NCBI GenBank assembly: GCA_045127215.1
Contig: JBGVPV010000086.1
Location: 16,472-80,471 of the forward strand
From: Eubacteriales bacterium
GTDB lineage: Bacteria; Bacillota; Clostridia; Oscillospirales; CAG-272
Direction: 5' to 3'
DNA: 64,000 nt
A model generated the notes under the pieces. That model was given only the letters and a program-made list of their open reading frames with translations. It was not told where the DNA came from and made no database searches. This document shows, one piece after another, positions 57,800-64,000 of this stretch; position 1 is the stretch's first letter, and the number at the start of each line of letters is the position of its first letter. Made by a program: the position numbers and the translations under genes.

Positions 57800-58960
57800 T
57801 CAAGAAATTATACTCTTTATCCGTTCTCTTGCCGCTCTGTCGCACTCTATGATCTCACTGAGAGTATGCTTATCCTTGGCATACTGCATATCCTCAACTG
57901 TTCTGCATACAGCTTCGGTTATATCGTAAAAACCGAGCTTACCGTCAAGAAAACGCGCAACAGCTACTTCGTTTGCGGCATTCAGCACCGCAGGAAGCGC
58001 ACCGCCCTTTCCGACAGCGTCAATCGCGCAGGAAAGAAGCGCAAAGGTCTCGGTATCGGGCTTAAAGAAGGTCAGCTTTGATATCTCAAAAAGATCAAGC
58101 TCGGGTATAACCGCATCATATCTATCGGGATAAGTCAGCGCGTACTGAGCGCAAAGGCGCATATCGGGTACGGAAAGCTGAGCTATAACGCTGTTATCAA
58201 TATATTCCACCATTGAATGTATTATACTCTCACGGTGAACTACGACCTGAATTCTTTCCGAGGGAACTCCAAACAAATGAACCGCCTCAATGACCTCAAA
58301 TCCCTTGTTCATAAGACTCGCAGAGTCAACGGTGATCTTTGCCCCCATCTTCCACGTGGGATGCGCGAGCGCTTGCTCTGCCGTCAGTCCGCGAAGCTCT
58401 TCGGGCTTCTTGCCAAAGAAAGGTCCGCCCGATGCCGTAAGTAAAATTCTCTTTACTTCTTTGTCTGCCCCCGACTTAAGACACTGATATATAGCACAGT
58501 GCTCGCTATCCACGGGAAGTATGTCTACTCCCTTCTCTCTTGCTTTTGCGGTGACTATTTCTCCCGCGACCACGAGAGATTCCTTGTTAGCAAGCGCCAG
58601 GCGGCTGCCTGAGTCAATAACCGCAAGTGTCGGCATAAGTCCTGCCTTGCCTATTATAGAGTTAAGAACAGCGTCACGCTTCTCAGCGAGTATCATCTCG
58701 CAAATGCCTTGTTCCTCGGCATATACCTTTATATCGGTATCAGCAAGTCGAGCTCTGAGATCTGCCGCCGCAACCGCGTCAGCCATAGCCACGGCACGAA
58801 CTCCGAATTGTCTTGCCTGCTCCTCGGCTCTCTTTACGTTACGGTTCGCGCTGATAGCGCTGACCGTCATTCCGTGCTTCTCGGCAACGTCAAGAGCCTG
58901 TTCACCGACAGATCCGGTAGAGCCAAGTACGGCAATATTCTTTTTATTCATTTCGTTCAT
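57800..58960 (-). CDS. dxr: 1-deoxy-D-xylulose-5-phosphate reductoisomerase
   Basis: NADPH-binding LGSTGSVG. Also ANKESLV, DSEHCAI, HPTWKMG and NAANEVAV motifs. An alternative start lies at 58951. Confidence 0.95.
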   Translation of the reverse strand: MNEMNKKNIAVLGSTGSVGEQALDVAEKHGMTVSAISANRNVKRAEEQARQFGVRAVAMADAVAAADLRARLADTDIKVYAEEQGICEMILAEKRDAVLNSIIGKAGLMPTLAVIDSGSRLALANKESLVVAGEIVTAKAREKGVDILPVDSEHCAIYQCLKSGADKEVKRILLTASGGPFFGKKPEELRGLTAEQALAHPTWKMGAKITVDSASLMNKGFEVIEAVHLFGVPSERIQVVVHRESIIHSMVEYIDNSVIAQLSVPDMRLCAQYALTYPDRYDAVIPELDLFEISKLTFFKPDTETFALLSCAIDAVGKGGALPAVLNAANEVAVARFLDGKLGFYDITEAVCRTVEDMQYAKDKHTLSEIIECDRAARERIKSIIS

Positions 58961-58966
58961 ATAAGC

Positions 58967-59803
58967 TTAGATAACGTTCATTCCCCAGAATCTTGCCGCA
59001 AAGCAAATCGCGAACAGACAAAGTGAAACTATGAGCACAGAGTCAAATCTGTCAAGCACACCACCGTGTCCGGGGAAAATCTTTCCGTAATCCTTAACAC
59101 CGTAATGTCTCTTGATAACCGACATAATAAGGTCACCGATCTGAGACACGATAGACGCTACTACTCCGCTGATAAGCAGGAATACAAGATTTATATGAAT
59201 ACCAAATGCGGCATCTACTATCAATCCGTACGCTACGAATGACAAGGTACAGAATACTATACCGCCAATACTTCCCTCAATAGTCTTCTTGGGGCTTACA
59301 TCGGGAATAAGCTTGTGCTTACCCAAAAGCATTCCTACAAAATATGCGAAAACGTCAGTGATCCACGCACCCACAAAGATCAAAAGGTATATATAAGCAC
59401 CGCCGGGAATGTCTCTTACGTATAAGATTCCGCAAAACGCCGCTATTATGTAAGCAATAACGCCGAACGCGGACATACCCTGTGCAAACGTGACATCACC
59501 GTGAGACCAAACGATCACAGCGAAAAGAATAACGACGTACGCGATGGCCGCAATAAAAGCGATCGCGGCAACGTGTCCCGGATCATTCATAAATCTCATA
59601 AGCAAAGGGAACGCTATTGAAGCTGCGTAAAGCGGTACGGCTATGATAAGCTTTTTATGAATACCCATACACTTGAGCATCTCGAAAGTCGCCACGCAAG
59701 CACAAAATGCAATAGCTACGGGAAAGATCGCCGTGTCTGAAAATATCACTACGGGTATAAACACACACAACATAACCAATGCGGTAATAATTCTCTTTAA
59801 CAT
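58967..59803 (-). CDS. cdsA: Phosphatidate cytidylyltransferase (CDP-diglyceride synthase)
   Basis: Multi-TM protein with C-terminal signature SVIKRHYGVKDYGKIFPGHGGVLDRFDS. The ATG at 59803 lies 5 nt after GGAGG. Confidence 0.9.
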   Translation of the reverse strand: MLKRIITALVMLCVFIPVVIFSDTAIFPVAIAFCACVATFEMLKCMGIHKKLIIAVPLYAASIAFPLLMRFMNDPGHVAAIAFIAAIAYVVILFAVIVWSHGDVTFAQGMSAFGVIAYIIAAFCGILYVRDIPGGAYIYLLIFVGAWITDVFAYFVGMLLGKHKLIPDVSPKKTIEGSIGGIVFCTLSFVAYGLIVDAAFGIHINLVFLLISGVVASIVSQIGDLIMSVIKRHYGVKDYGKIFPGHGGVLDRFDSVLIVSLCLFAICFAARFWGMNVI

Positions 59804-59817
59804 ATTTTCCTCCAAAC

Positions 59818-60525
59818 TCAAACACCGCCAAAGCGTCTGCTTCGTGCAGTGAAATTTTCAACTATACTGTCAATATCCTCAGGCTCAAGGTCAGGCCAAA
59901 GCTTATCCGTGAAATAGAACTCCGCATAAGCCGCCTGCCACAGCAAGAAGTTAGAAATACGCAAATCGCCGCCCGTTCTGACAATGAGGTCAAGCGCGGG
60001 AGAGTCCTTAGTGTAAAGCGCACCGTCAATATCCTGCTCGTTAACGCTCTGAACGCCTGTGGCTATAAGCTTATTAACGGCGGTAGTTATTTCAGCTCTT
60101 CCGCCGTAGTTAAGCGCAAGGCTGGCAATATGACTGTGATCCTTTGACACGTCCTCAATATAGCGTATTTTGCGCTGAGTTTCCTCGTCAAAAACGCTTA
60201 TATCGCCAAGAAATACGAAGCGTACGTCGTTTTTGGTAATTTCCTTCTCACACTCATCAAGATACTCGTCAAGCAGCTTCATTATAGCATCGACCTCTTG
60301 CTTGGGACGTTTCCAGTTCTCCGTTGAAAAAACGTAATAGGTTGATGCCAATATTCTGAGCTCACAGCAACGGCGTAATATCTTGCGGAAGGTTTCCGCG
60401 CCTTTTTTATGGCCGTACTCTCTCGGCATACCGCGGCGATTTGCCCATCTGCCGTTGCCGTCCATAATAAAAGCTATGTGCCTGAGCGGACACAATTCAC
60501 CGCTTTGTATATTTTTCTTATCCAT
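59818..60525 (-). CDS. uppS: Isoprenyl transferase (undecaprenyl diphosphate synthase)
   Basis: Contains HIAFIMDGNGRWA, STENWKRP, and RTGGDLRISNFLLWQAAYAEFYF. The ATG at 60525 lies 9 nt after GAGG. Confidence 0.94.
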   Translation of the reverse strand: MDKKNIQSGELCPLRHIAFIMDGNGRWANRRGMPREYGHKKGAETFRKILRRCCELRILASTYYVFSTENWKRPKQEVDAIMKLLDEYLDECEKEITKNDVRFVFLGDISVFDEETQRKIRYIEDVSKDHSHIASLALNYGGRAEITTAVNKLIATGVQSVNEQDIDGALYTKDSPALDLIVRTGGDLRISNFLLWQAAYAEFYFTDKLWPDLEPEDIDSIVENFTARSRRFGGV

Positions 60526-60548
60526 GTCAAAAAACCTCACGCATAAAT

Positions 60549-60580
60549 CAAAAAATCAGGACGGGCACAAACCCGCCCTG
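60549..60580 (-). terminator. Hairpin/attenuating terminator between frr and uppS
   Basis: The minus strand reads cagggcggg-tttgtg-cccgtcctg followed by attttttgattt. Confidence 0.55.
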
Positions 60581-60603
60581 TTTATTTTTGTCTCAAACAA
60601 GAC

Positions 60604-61158
60604 TCAGATCTTCATGATCTCGCTTTCCTTCTTGGAGGTAACAGCGTCGATCTCCTTGGTAAACTTATCGGTAAGATCCTGAATAGCCTTTTCGGAAGCC
60701 TTCTGCTCGTCCTCGGTCATCTCGCCGTCCTTCTTCATCTTTTTGCACATGTCGTTTGCATCTCTTCTGATGTTACGAACTGCAACCTTAGCTTCCTCAC
60801 CGAACTTCTGAACCTGCTTAACAAGCTCGCGGCGACGCTCCTCGGTAGGCTGAGGGAATACAAGGCGAATTACCTTACCGTCGTTTGTGGGAGTAATTCC
60901 AACGTCGGATGCAAGAATTGCCTTTTCCATCGCCTTAAGTGTGGTAGCGTCATAAGGTGTAACGGTAAGAGTCTTTGCGTCAGCAACTCTGATATCAGCC
61001 ATAGAGGTGATGGGAGTGGGAGCGCCCCAGTACTCAAAGTTTACCTTGTTAAGTACTGCGGAGTTTGCCTGTCCTGCTCTTACTGTGGAAAGGTTTTCCT
61101 GGTAGCTTGCTACCGCCTTTACCATTTTTGCTTCGTAATCTTTTGTATTGAGTTTCAT
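60604..61158 (-). CDS. frr: Ribosome recycling factor
   Basis: 184 aa. Contains TVRAGQANSAVLNKV, PQPTEERRRELVK and VAVRNIRRDAND. Confidence 0.96.
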   Translation of the reverse strand: MKLNTKDYEAKMVKAVASYQENLSTVRAGQANSAVLNKVNFEYWGAPTPITSMADIRVADAKTLTVTPYDATTLKAMEKAILASDVGITPTNDGKVIRLVFPQPTEERRRELVKQVQKFGEEAKVAVRNIRRDANDMCKKMKKDGEMTEDEQKASEKAIQDLTDKFTKEIDAVTSKKESEIMKI

Positions 61159-61201
61159 AAGTATATTCTCCTTAATATTTTTGCAAATTAATTTTTATAT
61201 G

Positions 61202-61915
61202 TTATCTGTGAAGCTCTGTGCCTATCTTCTCACCCATTGTGACTCTGTAAATATTCATAGGATCTTTGAGTTCAAAAGCATAGCACTTAATGTCGTTGTC
61301 CATGCAGAGTGTAGCCGCGGTAAGATCGAGAGCCTTAAGCTCCTTATCAACGATCTCCTTATAGGTTATCTCGTCGTATCTCTTCGCCGACGGATCCTTT
61401 TTGGGATCAGCCGTATAAATACCGTCAATGTTCTTTGCCATAAGTACAGCGTCCGCTCCAAGCTCTGCCGCTCTGAGAGCCGCTGCCGTATCGGTAGAAA
61501 AGAACGGAGCACCAAGTCCTCCACCGAGAATAACTACCTTGCCATTCTCAAGCGCCTCAATAGCGTTTCTGATAAGATACTTATCCGCAAATGCCTCCAT
61601 AGCCACGCTTGTCATAACCTTTGCATCGAGTCCCGACTGGATAAAGGTATCCTGGAGTGCAAGCGCGTTAATAGTAGTTGCCAGCATTCCCATGCTGTCC
61701 GCACGCACACGGTCCATACTGCCGCCCTGTCTACCGCGCCAGATATTTCCCGCGCCGACTATAACACCAACCTGAACTCCCGCCGCAATACATTTTTTAA
61801 TTGCCTCGGCAACCTCACTTATAAATTCAAAATTTAAAATTCCGTCCGCCCCCTGAGCCAATGCTTCGCCCGAAAGCTTAAGAAGGACACGCTTATACTT
61901 AGGTGAATTTTGCAT
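61202..61915 (-). CDS. pyrH: UMP kinase
   Basis: 237 aa. Contains YKRVLLKLSGEAL, VGAGNIWRG, FSTDTAAALRAAE and GIYTADPKKDP. Confidence 0.96.
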   Translation of the reverse strand: MQNSPKYKRVLLKLSGEALAQGADGILNFEFISEVAEAIKKCIAAGVQVGVIVGAGNIWRGRQGGSMDRVRADSMGMLATTINALALQDTFIQSGLDAKVMTSVAMEAFADKYLIRNAIEALENGKVVILGGGLGAPFFSTDTAAALRAAELGADAVLMAKNIDGIYTADPKKDPSAKRYDEITYKEIVDKELKALDLTAATLCMDNDIKCYAFELKDPMNIYRVTMGEKIGTELHR

Positions 61916-62135
61916 AAAAAAGCTTCCTCTCCAGATATACTTATATTATTATATATATTCTACTACATTTTTCTCATTTTGTAAACACTTATTTCAACTT
62001 TTTTGTTATAAATTTGCAATAAAATAATATTTTCGGCAATTATGACGAAATCAAAGTAAAATTTACAAATATATAACCATTTATTCTCTGTAATGTGATA
62101 AAATATACCCGTATCGTTACTTTACGAGGTGAAAT

Positions 62136-62864
62136 ATGAAAAAATTATCGTTAAATAAGCTGATGGTACTTTCGTGTACTGCCATATTCGCTCTGCTTGT
62201 TTTGATATTATCCCCGATATACATTCGAATAAACACGGATATAGTTCTCCGCGGAACAATACTCACGGACTTTATTTATCTTCTGATACAGCTTTTCGAG
62301 GTACTTGCACTTACCGTCGCGGCATCGCTGATAATACGCTGTGCAATATCTCAGAGCGCAAAAAAGACGTGGCAGCTTGTAGGCGTCTGGTGTGCCGCAA
62401 CTGTGTTGCGCAGGCTTATAACGCTGATGATATCTTTTGTTACATACGGATATCTTGAAGATCTTGAAATTTTCTCTACCTGGGTATATACGCTTTTTGA
62501 CGCCGCGCAAATATCGATCATAACCGCAATCGTCCTAAAGATAGCTCATGACCATACTGAAAACACCTCTTTAAAACAAAAAGCCGCCATAAGACTTGGC
62601 GACTCTTTAAATAATGATATTGATTTTTCAAAAATATTTTCCCGTACCAACCCGTACGCAAAATGCGCTCTTGCCTCGTCAATAGTCATCAGCACAACTA
62701 AAATATTCTCTCGCGCAATATTTGACGTTTTCGCAGGACTTCCCGAGAGTTTAACGGAGATTGCCGCTATGGTTATAGGATACCTCAGCGACGCTCTGAT
62801 CTTTGCAATTGCATACGCTGTCTGTCTGCTGATAACCTCGCGCCTTTACAACAAGGATATCTGA
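62136..62864 (+). CDS. Hypothetical membrane protein (242 aa, about 6 TM)
   Basis: RBS GAGG before the ATG. It has multiple hydrophobic helices. No family recognised. Confidence 0.65.
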   Translation: MKKLSLNKLMVLSCTAIFALLVLILSPIYIRINTDIVLRGTILTDFIYLLIQLFEVLALTVAASLIIRCAISQSAKKTWQLVGVWCAATVLRRLITLMISFVTYGYLEDLEIFSTWVYTLFDAAQISIITAIVLKIAHDHTENTSLKQKAAIRLGDSLNNDIDFSKIFSRTNPYAKCALASSIVISTTKIFSRAIFDVFAGLPESLTEIAAMVIGYLSDALIFAIAYAVCLLITSRLYNKDI

Positions 62865-62873
62865 AGCATCACG

Positions 62874-63746
62874 TCAAGTCAACAGCTTTTGCAATAGCCC
62901 CATTTTGTTGATGGAATATTCATACGCGCCCTTGAAATCCTCCATTTGCTTGCAGCAGATCTCAAGATCTCCAAAGATGTAATAAAGCATGGGCTCGGGT
63001 ATAGAAACGTCACTTACAAGAATATCGTGAAGCTTGTCATGCGCCTGTCTATACTCACCGTCTTTTATATGTCTGATAGCTTCAATGTGAAGCGCATACG
63101 GACTTGTTTCCTTTGGCAAAACTATGGGCGGCTGATTATCACATAAAGATAAAAACGCTCCCGCGTAAAGACAAAACGAATCTCCCAAAGATGCCCAGAT
63201 CGGCACGTCGTTTTCGTCAATCTGATTAGACGATAGCGTTGGTGATATACTTCTCATATACTTGAAATACATCGCACTTATAGCGAAAACGTGCGCAGTA
63301 CTGTACACCGTTTTAGTACAAGCCTCTATTGCAAGATCAAAGTACTCACACGCCTCACGTAAGTGTCCGCCGCAGAACTCCTCAACGGCAATTCCAAGCG
63401 TGCACTCCGCAAGTATAAGTCCGATCTCGTCGTCATTTTCACCACCGTCACCCGAGCTAAGACACATATCACGGCAAATGCGGTGATTACCCGAAAGATA
63501 CGAGGTCTTAATGTCACGGATCTCGGAATATTTTACGTATATCTGCTCGTCTGAGCCGTCTGAGAGCAAGTATCCCATCGTCACACCGAGCTTATTTGCA
63601 AGATACTTCAGAGTATCAAGCGACGGCTGAGCCGCGCCGTGCTCAATACGGCTGAGCATATTTCGAGTTATCTCACCGCCTGCAAGCTCACTTTGCGTCA
63701 TCAGCTTTGCAGTTCTCAGTTTTTTTATCTTTTCTCCAAGCTTCAT
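62874..63746 (-). CDS. XRE-family HTH transcriptional regulator with helical (TPR-like) C-terminal domain
   Basis: The N-terminal region KLGEKIKKLRTAKLMTQSELAGGEITRNMLSRIEHGAAQPSLDTLKYLANKLGV is a Cro/C1-type HTH. The remaining ~220 aa appear helical-repeat-like. Confidence 0.85.
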   Translation of the reverse strand: MKLGEKIKKLRTAKLMTQSELAGGEITRNMLSRIEHGAAQPSLDTLKYLANKLGVTMGYLLSDGSDEQIYVKYSEIRDIKTSYLSGNHRICRDMCLSSGDGGENDDEIGLILAECTLGIAVEEFCGGHLREACEYFDLAIEACTKTVYSTAHVFAISAMYFKYMRSISPTLSSNQIDENDVPIWASLGDSFCLYAGAFLSLCDNQPPIVLPKETSPYALHIEAIRHIKDGEYRQAHDKLHDILVSDVSIPEPMLYYIFGDLEICCKQMEDFKGAYEYSINKMGLLQKLLT

Positions 63747-63880
63747 TTTTAGTCACTCCACGTAAGTACAATTTACCTTATGTATGATATTATAACATAT
63801 TTCCCCTCAAATTTCAAGTATATTGGTAAATTTAAATTCCTTTTTTCGCATTTATAAATAATTATTTTTAAGGAACTGAT

Positions 63881-64000
63881 ATGATAATTAAAGGTCTTCA
63901 AAAAACTACGCTTCTCGACTTCCCCGGAAAAGTTGCTTGCACCGTTTTTACCGGCAGCTGTAACTTCCGTTGCCCGTTTTGTCACAACGCCTCGCTCGTA
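63881..64000 (+). CDS. nrdG: Anaerobic ribonucleoside-triphosphate reductase activating protein-like radical SAM activase (3'-truncated by window edge)
   Basis: It is not in the ORF track because no stop lies within the window. The ATG at 63881 follows RBS AAGGAA. MIIKGLQKTTLLDFPGKVACTVFTGSCNFRCPFCHNASLV matches the NrdG/YjjW-type N-terminus with a CxxxCxxC cluster. Confidence 0.8.
   Translation, partial: MIIKGLQKTTLLDFPGKVACTVFTGSCNFRCPFCHNASLV

Noticed and set aside
57781-57800. A (CAAAT)x4 microsatellite in the dxr-rseP intergenic spacer.
   Set aside because: - It has only four units in an AT-rich 46-nt spacer.
- There is no evidence of function or phase variation.
- It could at most modulate coupling between the two genes.
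63773-63985. A 70-aa minus-strand ORF that could have been a pro-peptide or small gene upstream of the XRE regulator.
   Set aside because: - It overlaps the start of the well-supported nrdG-like gene in antisense.
- It lacks an RBS.
- At 70 aa it is too long and too atypical for an RRNPP signalling pro-peptide.
1-64000. A search of the whole window for mobile elements, prophage modules, CRISPR-Cas, restriction-modification, toxin-antitoxin pairs or known defence-system signatures.
   Set aside because: - No transposase, integrase, recombinase, Cas, methyltransferase-nuclease pair, reverse transcriptase or STAND/ATPase-nuclease pairing was recognisable in any frame.
- The only tRNA-adjacent anomaly is the single 120-aa ORF reported in the findings.

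Overview
This is a 64-kb chromosomal segment of a PolC-containing Firmicute. It is most likely an endospore-forming member of the Clostridia; the exact taxon cannot be determined from the sequence alone. The evidence for that placement is a Bacillus-type long SRP RNA, ffs-dnaX-ybaB-recR synteny, pyrH-frr-uppS-cdsA-dxr-rseP-...-polC synteny, a SpoVB-like flippase and a DacB/DacF-like carboxypeptidase.

I can support about 47 protein genes, 2 tRNAs (Leu-CAA, Val-GAC), 1 SRP RNA, several near-consensus sigma-A promoters and about a dozen rho-independent terminators. Most of the coding capacity lies on the minus strand.

The content is overwhelmingly housekeeping:
- recombination and replication: ruvAB, topB, dnaX, recR, dnaE, polC
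- secretion: secA and the SRP RNA
- sugar-phosphate metabolism: pgi and a phosphohexomutase
- envelope: alr, a DD-carboxypeptidase, PBP1A, uppS, cdsA, pssA
- isoprenoid synthesis: dxr, ispG
- tRNA/rRNA modification: trmL, mnmA, rlmB
- translation: frr, pyrH

I found no CRISPR array, transposase, integrase, phage module, or recognisable defence or toxin-antitoxin system. No item in this window can be asserted to be a novel system from sequence alone.

The non-core, poorly understood material is limited to the following:
1. A 1007-aa protein that looks like a catalytically dead P-type ATPase fused to a ~400-aa polyacidic tail. It is translationally coupled to a TIGR03960/TIGR03936 radical-SAM pair. 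This is the most unusual item.
2. A 281-aa protein with 25 cysteines, including CCCLCCCCC.
3. A 448-aa polytopic membrane protein plus a small lysine-rich ORF, located between secA and ffs.
4. A 753-aa surface-anchored protein wedged between polC and dnaE.
5. A low-GC 120-aa ORF next to tRNA-Val, bracketed by two paralogous terminator hairpins.
6. A low-GC BspA-type leucine-rich-repeat lipoprotein.
7. A minimal P-loop protein next to topB.
8. An XRE-HTH regulator with RRNPP-like dimensions.
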